DNA of 64,000 nucleotides from Eledone cirrhosa (lineage: Eukaryota), in assembly GCA_964016885.1 (NCBI GenBank), contig OZ024746.1:88598001-88662000 (forward strand), given 5' to 3'. A program made the position numbers and the translations under genes. The notes below the pieces were generated by a model that saw only the letters and a program-made list of their open reading frames with translations, did not search any database and was not told where the DNA came from. Positions 1-14,787 of this stretch are shown here, one piece after another (the first letter of the stretch is position 1; each line of letters begins with the position of its first letter).

Positions 1-720
1 CTCCGCGTAACCCAGCATTCTACGGTTCGAAAACGATGTATTGTAACTCATACGGATTATCAAATTTCGGAATAGGAACAATTCCTTCCAGCAGGACCTG
101 AAGAAAAGAATTCGTTCTATTAAGGATGCTAATGCCGTGCACGTCCACTCCGACAAAGCTGGCAATCTATATCAAGTGGAGCTCAGTATTTACTATCAAC
201 TGCTACATAATGCTGTAACTAAGGATTACGGAAAACCAATCGGACTGTCAATAACGACATCAACGATGCTGGATTTAAAATGACTTCTGAACTCAACATC
301 CAGGACCGGACTGAAACTCTGAAACCCTCTTTCTCACCACTTTACCATAAAGGATCACAAACCCAATTTCGCCAACAACGCCTCTTTTCGGTTAATTAAA
401 CCTACGAAGTCTGATTTAGGTAGATTTAGTAAAAGGATTTTAGATAAAATGATACCTGAAATTAGAAGCTTGGCCCCTCTTACACTGTGGAATAATTATT
501 TCGCGGTGATTGATTGGTTCAATGGCATATGCAAGAAGGAACATTGCGGTTTTATCCAATTCCACGTCAATAATTACTACTCATCCATCACTTTACCACT
601 TCTTCTTAGAGATATCAATTTCGTTAAAACGCTGACAGTATTTAAGGATTTCGAAGTTGATGTCATGCTTAATGCCCCTAAGTAGGTGATTAATGTCGAC
701 GACTCTGTTTGCATAAAACA
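1..720 (+). mobile_element. Penelope-like element (Naiad-type) RT N-terminal fragment, degenerate
   Basis: Frameshifted translation gives FEND..IKFRNRNNSFQQDL..HSDKAGNLYQV..YYQLLHNAVTKDY and TIKDHKPNFANNASFRLIKPTKSDLGRFSKRILDK, typical of Naiad PLE RT. 590-720 is homologous to 13010-13145. Confidence 0.85.
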
Positions 721-727
721 ATATAAA

Positions 728-880
728 TGTTTCTATTTTTGGCAGAAGGCCAGCAATTACCCAGTACATTACTGGTACTTTATTTTATCGACCCCGTTAG
801 GATGAAAGGCAAAGTTAACCTCGGCGGGATTTGAACTCAGAATGGCAAGGGCCGTAACTCCATGCGTCAAAACTTGGTGT
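728..880 (-). mobile_element. tRNA-derived SINE with Meta-type central domain (main SINE family of the window)
   Basis: Reverse strand has B-box-like GAGTTCAAATCC followed by CTTTGCCTTTCATCCT..GGGGTCGATAAAATAAAGTACCAG; many copies in the window. Confidence 0.85.
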
Positions 881-1110
881 CTGAGATTTTCGAATATTAT
901 AATGATATTCGAATCGTTAGAAATTATACAAACAAGCCACATTTTTAAAGCAATGTCAGTAGAATGAGCCCCTCATTCTTGCTCATGTGTTGGCATGTAA
1001 ACAGAACTGCAGACACTAATGTTTCTGGTATCACCTTTAATTCAGTACATCTGACTGTTCACCTGCCAGCTGCCAGAGCTAGTGAACATATATGGTATTT
1101 TCTACAATAT
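881..1110. repeat. Dispersed non-coding repeat (MITE-like family), also at 5573-5785 and 55209-55486
   Basis: Shared ATGTCAGTAGAATGA.CCCTCATTC block (near-identical ORF starts at 964 + and 5710 -). The 55209 copy has inverted termini TCTGAGTTTTCGAATATTAAT / ATTAATATTCGAAAAAGTCAGA. Confidence 0.7.
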
Positions 1111-1113
1111 ACA

Positions 1114-1215
1114 GTGACTGATCGGCCTGATTTGCATATTATCAGACTGGCTGATCAGTCAGATCTACATATTAGCAGATCCACTGATCAGCAAGATTTG
1201 CATATCACCAGACAT
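1114..1215 (+). repeat. Three ~33-bp tandem units
   Basis: CTGATC.G....GAT(T/C)T(G/A)CATAT..CAGA x3; translation DRPDLHIIRLA/DQSDLHISRST/DQQDLHITRH. Confidence 0.7.
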
Positions 1216-2099
1216 ATTAACTATATATATATATATATATATATAAACTATATAAACTATAATAAAGTAAGAAGAGCGGGATTGCGTACGGTTTATAATT
1301 GTCTATCCTCTTAGTAAAATAAGTTGGATTACTTTGAATAAATAATGAATGAATATTACATAATTTATCTACAACATTTCGTGGATGTTCATTAAATATA
1401 TTTTATTATTTATTTAAATGTTCAATTCTTTAAAATGTTCAAAAGTGAACACTTCCGGTGGCGATCGCTTAAATAAATGCGCATATATTTCCGTCACTAA
1501 TTTTCTCCTAATGCAGTTTATATATAATATCGTCTTTTTTTAATGTATCATGGATTACATCACTGATTAAATAAGACAGAGTAACACAGTCTTCGTTCAA
1601 TTTCTCTGTATATTGTCAATTACGATTTTATTTGATGTATCATTAATATAACTGAAAGTGTTTCTGAATGTATTAAATTATGTAGGGGACTTTCAAGTCA
1701 TGTCACCGGTATCAACTTAAACCAAATCAAATTTTATCTTTTATGGTGATTATTTCATACTAAGGTAAACGTTATTATTTGTAAATAATATAGGGTGACT
1801 TATTTGCCTTATAGTTGTTGTTTTATCATCTGTATTACTAAATATTTCACCACAAACTACGCCAACATCCTAAAGTGGTAACGCAATATTTTACAGGACA
1901 GAAAATGTTATTTTTAAATCAGAAATCAGTGAACAATTAGCTTTTCCTAACTTTTCTTGATTTTATATCGGGAGTTCAAAACTAAAGTATGTATTATTTC
2001 GTTTTCCATAAAAAGTTTTCAATAAAATAATGTATTGAAAAATCGTGATTTATTACTTCACGTACACACATATTTCTACACACACACATAGGTAAATGG

Positions 2100-2525
2100 C
2101 CTTCTTCGGTCTATTGTTAATTATAAAAGATTTGTTACATATCTCACAATGGTATTGATGATCTACAGTATGAATACGTTTGTGAACTCCAAGTTTTCCA
2201 TTCTGAGTGAAAGATTTTCCACATTTCACTGTAGTAGGGTTTATCTCCAGTGTGTATTAATCTGTTTTCGTTTTAAATATAAGTACAGGTGAAAGATTCC
2301 CACATATTTCAGTGGAAGGGATTTTCTACAGTGTGACTTCGTATGTGGTTGACAAATTTTGAATTAGCAGTGAAAGATTTACCACATATTTCACGTTGAT
2401 AGGTGTTTTTTTTTTTCTCCGCTGTATCTTTTCTCTTTGTGTGAGGACATCTCAGGTTTTGAAGAGAAAGTTTTCCTGCAAATCTCACAGCTATATTGAG
2501 CAATATTTTCACCTAGTGATCTTTA
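2100..2525 (-). pseudogene. Decayed tandem C2H2 zinc-finger array
   Basis: Minus strand: YSCEICRKTFS, EICGKSFTANSKFVNHIRSHTVENPF, IHTGDKPY, CGKSFTQNGKLGVHKRIHTVDHQYHCEICNKSF; stops and frameshifts. Confidence 0.85.
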
Positions 2526-3409
2526 CTCAAAGGATTCTCACCACTTCTACTCATACAATAAGAAATGTAGTTATGGTTAATAGATGCCATGTAGTCTAAT
2601 ATACAGAGTGTCCATAAAAGACTACAGAACTCGGCTTTCTTCTACAAAGTTGTAATGTAGCATTCAGTTGGTAGAAGTAAGAAGACATCTGAAAGCATAA
2701 GGCTGATGCTTGAAGAAAATACAAGTGCTCATATTTATATATATCATCATCATGTTCCTAGAACTGGTGCAGCTAGTATATATAGTTAGTATGTTAAAAA
2801 AAGCATACAAGGCGTGATTAGAAGAAAACATTATATATTTACACATATTTACATGTTTCTTTATCGAGTTATGTCATTATCTACGCTTTTCTTCGAAAAT
2901 CTATTCATTTTCTTTTTTCATCATTCCCACACTACCATGGTGGTTTTAAACAGAACAACGTCGTTAGAAAATGTTTAATTCCTAGATATATTGATTTGAG
3001 GCATGGATAAGGAGGGGTGATTATTCTGCTGACCAATGAGTATCCAACCTACTTTCGTTGTGCATAAATATTCCTCCCATTGGCTTAGAAGTAAACATCT
3101 ATAGAGTTACTGTTATAGAATGTTTCCAAGCTGGGATGTAACTTGTATCCACTTGGACACAATAAATACGATTGTGCGTATGGTATTGGCAAGTGTAAAC
3201 TAGAGATGCAATGACTTCTATTAATGCTATGGTTGTTAGTTTGGCTGTTGTAGATAAGCATGAATATTTGGTGTCAAGAGTTTACGGAATGAGGTTTGGC
3301 TATTTGCGATAGAGGTGGAAATAAGTGTAGAATGATAAGTTCCAATCCTGTGTTATGGTTATAATTAGAGTATGATGTTAGTAACGGTGGTTTACAGTTG
3401 GGTATCGTA

Positions 3410-3760
3410 GTTTGTATTGGATTCAGTAAATTATTACCTTTTAAGATGTCCATCACCTCCATCTTACAATGATTACAATCACTTTTCCACTTCTATAGGG
3501 GTGGGGAAATTGTAGAATGGACGACGATATATCATATGTTTTATTTTTATTTTTTATTTCAATATTTGCTAGCTAACGCGGTAGTAATTTGGAATTTTAA
3601 ACAAATGGGCATGTACATACCATATTCTTTTTAAAAACTTTGATGCGGGTCCCATGTATCTGATATGTACTTGGTTTTCTGTAGCTATGCAGTGGTATAC
3701 TATTCTGTTCTTTATGCAGTTACCCGATAGGTGGCAATGGTTAGGTATTTGAAAGGTACA
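3410..3760 (-). mobile_element. Degenerate Naiad-type PLE GIY-YIG endonuclease fragment
   Basis: Minus-strand translation HCHLSGNCIKNRIVYHCIATENQVHIRYMGPASKFLKRIWYVHAHLF ... CNHCKMEVMDILKGNNLLN parallels the endonucleases at 30320, 47990 and 58400. Confidence 0.75.
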
Positions 3761-4342
3761 ATATACTGTACATGCTGATTATAGTCAGCTTTTTTTATTT
3801 TTAGGAGTAGATGATTTAGAATGTTGCGATATGAAGTGCTCTATGTTCTAGTAATATTTATGCGGTACAACAGGTTGAGATAATGATAATACTTGATTAA
3901 ATCAGGTTCGATAAACTGTGAAACCATAAGAGTTGCGTTCTACATACATATTCAATATGACATCTATTCTCATGAAGAGTGAAAATATTTATCAACATAT
4001 TGAGTATGATGGAAAATATTGTGTTTTATATTTTTATCCCTGAGTTCATTTTGAAGTGCAAGGCTTCCCAACACATGACGCGTTTGGTTGTTATACTAGC
4101 GATGGTTGTGGTAGTGATGTTTAAATATTGATGTGTCCTCAACTTCTCAAATATGCCAGTGATATGAGATGACACATTTAACTGGATATATGAATCCATA
4201 TAAATCGTTTCAGTAATAATCCTATCGGAGTGAACAATTATTTATTGATGTATTCAATGAATAGTTTACAGAATTTAGGCAACATAAAACATATTTGAAT
4301 TGAATAAAGGAAAAATTTGGAGAAGATTGTAAATCAAACAAA

Positions 4343-4531
4343 TAATTGTTTCTACTTTTGACACAAGGCCAGCAATTAACCAGTGTATTACTGGTACTTT
4401 ATTCTATCGACCCCGTAAGGATGAAAGGCAAAGTTAACATCGGCGGGACTTGAACTCAGAATGGCAAGGGCCGTAACTCTATGCGTCAAAGCATGGCGTG
4501 CGACCCTCTAACGATACTGCCAATCCACCGC
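4343..4531 (-). mobile_element. SINE, full length (main family)
   Basis: Complete ~188-bp match from head (CGGTGGATTGGCAG on minus) to tail (GTAGAAACAATTAT). Confidence 0.9.
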
Positions 4532-4935
4532 TCAAACAAATAATGAAATGAAATATAGAACGGTGAAGTATTAAATTAGAGAGGACGGATAAAATTGAAA
4601 AGAAAATTACTGTAAGATTATGAGTTAGTACAGTTTAATATGTTTTTAAAGTTTTTAGTTTTATGACATTGAAGTTAAAACGAATTTATTCACTAAAATC
4701 TGCCACACGGTGGTTGTATATTAATGCATATAAATGTTGTTTATAACCCACCACACTAGTCTGACAAACAATGCTACACATGACATCGAGCAAGTAAACA
4801 CCAACTAAAATATCTATTCTCATATATATTTTAATTCAGACGGCACAGAAAAATTCATATAGTTGATGTTGTGTAAATTCCAATGAGAGAGCCTTGCATC
4901 TATGATAGAAACCGTCTCTCTATTGGTACACATTG

Positions 4936-5055
4936 TGTATAGATGTATAGATGTATACAGACATTAATATGTATATATAGATGTATAGATGTATACAGAC
5001 ATTAATATGTATATATAGATATATAGATGTATACAGACATTAATATGTATATATA
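4936..5055. repeat. 42-bp minisatellite x3
   Basis: GTATAGATGTATAGATGTATACAGACATTAATATGTATATAT repeated. Confidence 0.8.
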
Positions 5056-5226
5056 AATATATTAGGGGTGTAATAACTGTTACTGAGACGCGCCGATCCA
5101 AACATTCGATGTTGTTACGAGGTCCATTTCGTGTGGGTTATATTCCAGTGTTAGCACTCTGAATGTAGCCTGAGTTGGTCGATATCGAAGCAATTTATAC
5201 ATATGCTGCGACACTGACTGCGACTC

Positions 5227-5327
<101 letters not shown>

Positions 5328-5788
5328 TGTATATATATGGTTAGGTCGAAGCATCGCAGACGAATCTGCCATATAGGAGCTACTATCCGAGGTGTTTGAT
5401 GTATTCACAAACTACTCAATGGAGCAAATAGTTAATACATATTATATAGGTATATTTATATACACACACACACACACTCTCTCACACATACACACACACA
5501 ATTACACATATATATATAGATATATATATAACAAATATTTATATGTATATTTGTATATTTTGTATATTTTAGAAAATACCATATATTTTCACTGGCTCTG
5601 ACAGTTGGCAGGTGAACAGTGAGCTGTACTGATGAAAGGTGATACCCAGAAACATTAGTGTCTGCAGTTCTGTTTACATGCCAACACAAGAGCAAGAATG
5701 AAGGGTTCATTCTACTGACATGGCTTGAAAAATGAGGCTTGTTTGCATAATTGCAAACAAATCGAATGTTATTAATATTCGATTACAT

Positions 5789-5837
<49 letters not shown>

Positions 5838-5839
<2 letters not shown>

Positions 5840-6192
5840 AAGGCGGGTAAAATTCCCGAGATCCATCGACGAGTTCTCTCCAGCGGTCTCTGTCCCTCAT
5901 TATCGCTGCCATATCCTGCATATCCAACAGTGTCTGTCCTTAGGGCATCAACATATGTTAACCTTGGTCTTCCTCTTCTAGTGTGTCCATGTAGGGGCTC
6001 CCAAAGGAGCACTGAGTGCAATGTCAACTCTGGATGTCGGTGAGCATGTCCAGCCAACCTCAGTCTCCTCTGTGTCACTTTTGAGCTGACTTTTTGAATG
6101 CTCCCATACAGCTCTGAGTTTTTCATCCTCAGTGTATACTGATTAATGTTCAGAGCCATCCTCAGCATTCTCGTGTAGCACCCATCCACCAT
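5838..6192 (-). mobile_element. RTE/RTEX-like LINE 3' fragment
   Basis: DGCYTRMLRMALNI..ELYG..KVTQRRLRLAGHAHRHPE..LLWEP.HG..RRGRPRLTYVD; ends in (TA)n; second copy at 19880-20231. Confidence 0.85.
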
Positions 6193-6195
6193 CTG

Positions 6196-6372
6196 AATAT
6201 ATGGGCAAATGTTTGACTCCGACGGCAGATTTCAAGCCGTTTCGACGGATATTTCTGGACTCAAGAAGTATCCGTCTAAATGTCTTGAACTCTGCTGTCG
6301 GGGTCAAAAATGTTCCTATTACTCTGGTGTGTTATGGTCCATCTTGTTCCTTACCACACCTCCTTCGTTATA
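6196..6372 (-). repeat. Hairpin-ended short element, diverged homolog of 49551-49753
   Basis: Shares GTGGTAAGGAAC..GGACC.TAAC and CCGTCGAAACGGCTTGA with the 49.6-kb element; imperfect inverted repeat at about 6200-6320. Confidence 0.65.
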
Positions 6373-6954
6373 TATAAATATATATACATAATTATAGGTC
6401 TGAAGAAGAGACAGATAGAACTTACCAATTTCTCTTCTTACTCCGTAGTAATTGATTAGAGAAATAATCAATTAAACGGAGCTAAGTTTAAAATATAAGT
6501 TTGAACAGATAATAGATAAATGTTACCAATATTCCTTTAAACCTGACTGTCGACATTTTCGCTTTCACTTTGTGAAAATGTGTAATCGCTGCATTATCCA
6601 TGAGGTTTCAAGCTTTTCAAGAGGCTCCCTTATTTAGGACTGATTTCTTCCAAAGTGATCGGTGCCAGTAACAAATTCGAAAGAGATGAACATTATTATG
6701 TGGCTAACTGTCAAGACAGAAGTGTGTAGACAGGTGGCCATTAAGATCAATGCTAGAAGCAGTTAGTCAACGCTTAAATTTACTCAACCGTAAGGGATTT
6801 AGAACAAAGCCATATGGAACACATATATATATATATTTAAACATAAGCATAAATACACATATGAGTGTAGCCTACCTCCAACGTTGTGGCTCATGAATAC
6901 ATGAATTAAATAAACATTTATTAATCAGAGATATATGAAATTACATTATAATTT

Positions 6955-7272
6955 GCTGAAAATCTAGAGCAAAGACCTCTATTAATCCGCATGACAGCGG
7001 ACTGTGTGAACAGCTCTATTACACTCTACGCAGATTCTATTAGGGATTTTCTACTAATATTTATATACATTTTATGGGGTATTGTCAATTACGGTTTGGT
7101 GATGCCAAAGGATATAATATATATTCGAGCATGACTAAACCGGAATTCAAAATACCCCATATAATATACATAGGTATTAGTAGAATACACCTAACAGAGT
7201 CTGTGTAAAACGTAATCGAGCTGTTCACTTTCATACCGAGTAATAGAAGTAGTTTGCTCTAGACTTTCAGTA
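6955..7272. repeat. Diverged fold-back (palindromic) element, MITE-like
   Basis: CTGAAAATCTAGAGCAAA..GTGAACAGCTC..TATGGGGTATT on the left mirrors AATACCCCATA..GAGCTGTTCAC..TTTGCTCTAGACTTTTCAG on the right. Confidence 0.7.
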
Positions 7273-7584
7273 AATATTGAATTAATGTAGAATACAGAAA
7301 AAAACTGTGACAGCTATTGTAAAGTAATGCGTCAATCGCAGATCGATACTGTAAGCGACCTTCACGAAACGGAAATTGCTTTAATTAGTTAAAGATGACA
7401 AGAATTTGTCTTCTGTGTAAATGTGAAAATGATTTACAAAATACACAAAGATAACCTGGTAGTAAATAAGGAAAAACATGGATTAAATGTTTATAGGATA
7501 AAATGGATCATAGGCTAGATCAGTCAGAAATGGCCATGGTTCCGTCAAACACAACTGTATGTAGGGTATTATATAAGAGGAAAT

Positions 7585-7770
7585 TGGATTGGCAGTGTCG
7601 GTAGAGGGTCGCACGCCATGCTTTGACGCATTGAGTTACGGTCCTTTCCCTTCTGTGTTCAAATCCCGTCGAGGTTAACTTTGCTTTTCATCCTTACGGG
7701 GTCGATAAAATAAAGTACCAGTAATGCATTGGGTAATTACTGGCCTTGTGCCAAAAGTAGAAACAATTAT
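7585..7770 (+). mobile_element. SINE (main family)
   Basis: TGGATTGGCAGTGTCGGTAGAG head, GTTCAAATCC, Meta-type core, GTAGAAACAATTAT tail. Confidence 0.9.
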
Positions 7771-8249
7771 ATATTAGGACATATATATCCGTTTCTACAG
7801 GGTTAGCAATTTCAAGGTAAAGTGAAAGTGGTTTAAATGGATCCCATTGCCTTAGTGGTACTTTATTATATCGGCAACGTAAGGATGAAACTTTTAAATA
7901 TATTATTTAGAAGAGGTTCTGTGATTGAGCAATTCACCTCACAATCACGGAGAAATTTTCCGAGGTGACAACACGAAACCCCCGTAGTGGCGTTCGAATT
8001 TACACCCTATTAATATATATATATATGCATACACATACAAATAAGACCGTTAGTGCTCCTTGTAGTCTACTCACACTCACATCTATATATATATATTGTT
8101 ATGCTTTAGGAGGGTCATGTTTCCAATAAGAAACAGACGCACCAGTTGCTTTACACTCCAATTTATTATAAATTAAATTCATAAATTTAAGAATTTATAA
8201 ATTTCCGGTTGGTTGGTTGGTTCCACAACCAGACGATTGTTCATATATT

Positions 8250-8293
8250 GTCAAAGTTATTTCGTCACACATTATGTGAGACTCTTCAGTGAC
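8250..8293 (-). ncRNA. Type I hammerhead ribozyme (family B)
   Basis: gtca-CTGAAGA-gtctcacataatgtgtgac-GAAA-taac-TT-tgac. Confidence 0.75.
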
Positions 8294-8922
8294 TGGGGAT
8301 TCTTTTTTTGTTTTTTTGCCTCTCCTTTGTTCTGTCCAACGCCATCATGTTTTTGTGTGTGTTGTGTGCTTAGTTTGCGCATGTGTTACATTTGTGTGTC
8401 TGTGTGTGTTTATATTTGTTTATTTATTTGTTTATTTACATGTTCCTGGTTGGTTGTTTGTTCTATGTGTGAGTCTTTTTCATTTTGTCCTTAATTGTAA
8501 GTTGTGATGTTGCTATTCCATTCATGTTTTCTATTTAATTTTGGTTGGAGTTCATTTATGTTTATTGACTCTGTGATTTGTCTAAACACTGCGTCTTTTC
8601 TGTGAGTAGATTCTATTTTTATTTCTATGTTCTCTAATTTACTCTTATGTTCTATTTTAGCATGTTGGTGGAGTACATATGATTCTTTACTATCTTGAAG
8701 CTCCGTTCATTTATCCGTTCTTCTATACTACGAGCTGTCTCACCTGTGTACACTATATTCTTATACGAGGAACATGTAAATAAACAAATAAATAAACAAA
8801 TATAAACACACAATTACACCTGGATGTAACACATGCGCAAACTAAGCACACAACACACACAAACACAAGATGGCGTAGGACAGAACAGGGGACAGACACA
8901 AAAACAAAGAAAATAATCCCCA

Positions 8923-8966
8923 GTCACTGAAGAGGTCAGAGAATGTGTGACGAAATAATTTTTGAC
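8923..8966 (+). ncRNA. Type I hammerhead ribozyme (family B, inverted copy)
   Basis: gtca-CTGAAGA-ggtcagagaatgtgtgac-GAAA-taatt-TT-tgac. Confidence 0.75.
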
Positions 8967-9183
8967 AATATATGAACACTCGTCTGGTTGTTGAACCAAC
9001 CAACCAACCTGAAATTTATAAATTCTTAAATTTATGAATTTAATTTATAATAAATTGAAGTGAAAGCAACTGGTGCGTGTGTTTCTTATTGGCAACATGA
9101 CCCTCCCAGAGCATAACTATATCGGTTTCAACACACGTTTTTAGATAAAGAATCTTGCTAAACAAATTCAGAAACGAAAAATA

Positions 9184-9243
<60 letters not shown>

Positions 9244-10105
9244 AAAAATACAGAAAGACTGCTATATAGAGGAGATGGTGATTATATAGAACCATGACAA
9301 ACAAAACCGATGTAATTCATTGATCCGTCCTATACACGGCAGCTTTAAAATATATATTAACTATACTGCTGTCCTTGTTGCTGTGTCATGGTGTGTGTGT
9401 GTGGTTGGAGAAAATTCAAAAGCTGCAAATCATTTTCCGGAGGGTTATTATCAAGACAATATTGGAAAACAAAACGACTTTGATATAAGTGACCATAAAT
9501 TGAATTATGAATATAGTTTATAAGTGAACGTAATAATTTCCCGTCTTGCTTTGATATAAAATATTAGATTCATCCGAAATACATACATCAGAAAACAAAG
9601 TAGTACAAAATGAATAAATAAACTCGAGATATCGAAGTATAAATATGTAATATTTGTTATTATGTGTTTGCGGATGTATGTGTGTTTTTAAGTGTTTATA
9701 TGTGGATATGTATGTGTTTGTATGCGTTGAGGTTTCATAGACTATTTGTCTGGGTATTTCACTCACGATAATATATCATGAATTCAATTCCCGGCAGTGC
9801 GTTGTTTTCTGGAGCAAAATGATTTCCTTTACAAGACGCGAGTCCACACAAATAGTTCCCATGTGATCCAAAATGACTTTGTATCACGCTGAATCTCTAT
9901 GTTACATTACGTATACAGGACTTGCGAAATGCTCAGCCACTTGTAAGTATTATGTACAGGTTCTATTTCATTATTCGAACGAACGTTAGACTCGCCAACT
10001 TAACCGAAGTTTGTCCAACGCATTTTTATTTGAAACAGATATCTTTGAATCTCCCTGTCTTTCACTCACATTCATTCACACTCTGCCAGTCTCTCTCTGT
10101 ATACC

Positions 10106-11199
<1,094 letters not shown>

Positions 11200-11204
11200 C
11201 ATGA

Positions 11205-11579
<375 letters not shown>

Positions 11580-11589
11580 CATATAAATA

Positions 11590-12131
11590 TATAGCGGCGA
11601 TGAATTAGTTTAGCGAGGTTTTTTATATGAAATCGTGTGTCGAAACAAATATTGTTATACTTGGGGAGGGTCATATTTGTGTAATATTGCCAGAATTAAT
11701 AACAGAACACACTCACTGTTTGGATGGTTTTCGCTTCTCGCTGTCTTTTATATCTGCGATCTAACTTAATCGGTCCTCCATGTTGCCATTGACTGACCGA
11801 CGGTCAAAAATAATACAGATACAATATATAGACAGACTGAATAAAAAATGGCGTAGATATACAACACAACAGGAGGAAAAAATATAGCACCACTGACGAT
11901 GTTGCAGATGTGCAACGAAAGATTTATGTAAATTATGTAAACTATATATATGTGTTTGTGTCTATATTGTATCTGTATTATTTTTGACCGCCGGTCAATC
12001 AATGGCAACATTGAGGACCGATTAAGTTAGATCGCAGATATAAAAGACAGCGAGAAGCGAAAACCAACCAAACAGTGAGTGTGTTCTGTTATTAATTCTG
12101 GCAATATTACACAAATATGACCCTCCCCAAG

Positions 12132-12134
<3 letters not shown>
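11590..12134. mobile_element. Palindromic PLE-tail element (family C) with HHR core in the spacer
   Basis: 11657-11833 is the reverse complement of 11958-12134. Spacer contains CTGACGA-tgttgcagatgtgcaac-GAAA at 11893-11920. Confidence 0.8.
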
Positions 12135-12178
<44 letters not shown>

Positions 12179-12454
12179 GCGTGATAAATATATATATTGT
12201 GTCTGATAGTAAACAGTTCTCTATCTGCAACAGATAAGTCAAGATATTATGATCAATCCTCTGACGCGATCGTAAAACATGCTATGAAATATGTAAAATA
12301 ACCTGGCATTGTTTCATTGATAATCAAATATGTAATGTATCAGACCCTGTGAAACATAAAACGAATCTCTGGAACTCTCTGAACTACTTGCTAACGGATT
12401 GCATTGAGGTCTACCTACAGTATCGACCCTACCACGAAAGGTAGAATGCATCGC

Positions 12455-12607
<153 letters not shown>

Positions 12608-14356
12608 TATATTATAGTTGAAACAGAAAACAAAATAACAACAACGAGGCAGCGAAGAAGTGTGGAGGTGGAGGACGTCGCTTCTGGTATAAGCCCTTCA
12701 TCGGGAGAAAATGGGCAGGAAAAGAGTTCCGATGGTGTGAGAGAGAGTGGTGGAAAGACATGAAAAAAAAGGGGGGGGACACTTTTTTAGGGGGTAAAAA
12801 CATTAAAATGAAAAAAGTGGTGAAAGAATGTGAAGCGGATAGGGGTAATTGTAGATGGATAGAGGGGCGCGGATTGGGGGGTTCCGAGCGGGGAGGGCTG
12901 AAGGTGGTGTGTGTGTATGTGTGTAGGTATGCGTGTGTGTGTGTGGATGTGAATGTGAGAGTTGGGGGAAGAACTAGGTTGTATGTTAGGCTAATAGGGA
13001 ACAGCTTCATCACTTTACTACTTTTTCTTAGAGCTATCAATTTCGATAAAACACTGACGGTTGTTAAGGATTTAGAGGTTGATGTCATCCTCAATGCCCG
13101 TAAGTCGGCGATTAATTTCGACGACTCTATTTGGATTAAACAATATAATAGTACCGCAATCGACTTTAGTATGGGCGCCAGCGATTCGGCGGAGTTTACT
13201 GATCTCATCGTCCTTTTCCTTCTTTTCTCTATCAAGGAAAGATTCCGCAATGTGGGCGGTGGTTTGTATCGAGATGACGGTGGTTTGACCATGACGAAGT
13301 GCGGTCTACGCACTTACGACAGGCTCACAAAAGAACGCACAGCCTTCTTTAAAGGCTTCAACCTCTCCATAGAGGTTGAGGCCAACCTCTCGGTCGTTAA
13401 TTACCTCGAGGTTACCCTCAATTTGTCGAATGGCTTGCACTACCCGTATAGAAAGCCGAATGATACGCATAATTACATAAGTATGCATTCTAACCATGCT
13501 ATCTGGAGTCTGAATGAAACCACACCCAATATAGGTTACACTGGGAGATCCTACCTAAGGCTAGATCGTATAACGGAAATGAAAGACGATGCGATCTTTG
13601 CGCAGATGAAGCCCTGGAAATATTCTACGCCAATGACTACATCTTAAACAAAATATCTGAGACAATTTCGGCTTGTAAACATAAATTGCATAAAACTCTC
13701 CTGTATCATACCCTAACGGATATACGACATCATACCCTAACGGATAGTACGAACAATACGCGGATAATTTACGTCTTGATGTAGTAGATAAGTATATTTT
13801 ATCTTTATACCGTTACTTATTTGTATAGGTAAGTATACCTTACCTGTATATTTTGTGACGGTACGTATACTTTCTCGTACGTATATTTGATTGTATTTGT
13901 TATAGGTGTATATATTATATTATATATATACTGGTTATGTGTATATGTGTATTTTCTGCTTGGTGAGTGTATGCGTGTTTGCATGTATGTAATGTGTGTA
14001 TATGTGTACTTTGCGTTTTAGTTGACGTATTTTAGTGAACATATGTGTATTTACCTGTAGGTATGTGTGTGCGTGCGTTATATACGTATTTATATAATTA
14101 TATGTATATAAACACTCACACGCACACATATTTTTTTATGTGTATTTGGTCTATACGTTCGTGTGTGTGCGGGTACAGGTGTCACGCGGGTTTATGTATG
14201 TGTGCGCGTGTTTATGTGTACGTGATTGTACATAGCGGTTGTTTTCGTGTTTGCATGTGTATGTACGTTGGATGCGTGTATGCATATATATTTAATTATT
14301 GTTGATTTCAATAACTTCTGTCATTTTCGTTCTACTAATTTGTTTACATTATTCTT

Positions 14357-14470
14357 AGTTCAAATCCCGCCGAGGTTAACTTTGCCTTTCATCCTTCCCG
14401 GGTCGATAGAATAACGTACCAGTAATGCATTGGGTAATTGCTAGCCTTGTGCCAAAAGTAGAAACAATTA
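14357..14470 (+). mobile_element. 5'-truncated SINE inserted in the PLE tail (a further 3' fragment at 14589-14647, minus)
   Basis: GTTCAAATCCCGCCGAGGTTAACTTTGCCTTTCATCC..GTAGAAACAATTAT. Confidence 0.85.
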
Positions 14471-14787
14471 TTCTTAAATTTGAAGCCGAGAATCATTCGG
14501 TTTCTTAAATAGAATATTAGTCTACGAATTCATTTATACCATACACGTGGTTTTGTTTTTTCGTGTAATTGTTCTCCCTCGTTCCACATAATTGTTTCTA
14601 CTTTAGGCACAAGGCCAGCAATTACCCAGTGCATTACTGGTACTTTGTATAATGACGTATAATCTTCACTTTTTTCCGTTTATTTCCAGGGAACGTCTTC
14701 ACGAACCAAAGTATCGTCTTCTTGTTTTCCTTCGGTTGCAACGTTTTTTCGAAATATTTACTTCTACGTTCATAGATTGATTTTTTA

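Larger units (their letters stand above)
8094..9181 (-). mobile_element. 5'-truncated PLE (family B): GIY-YIG C-terminus plus HHR tail on minus, joined to an inverted copy of the tail
   Basis: 8493-8770 minus: YKNIVYTGETARSIEERINE..HRKDAVFRQITESININELQPKLNRKHEWN*. 8097-8445 is the reverse complement of 8770-9120. TA-rich flanks. Confidence 0.85.

Noticed and set aside
2601-2760. Tc1/mariner-like terminus TACAGAGTGTCCATAAAA
   Set aside because: No matching second TIR or transposase found.
12670-12712. HHR-like CCGATGA..GAAG-cgacg-TC on the minus strand
   Set aside because: Two core mismatches and no stem I pairing; at best a fossil.
12612-13313. 233-aa minus-strand ORF
   Set aside because: Antisense shadow of the Naiad RT fragment plus low-complexity sequence.
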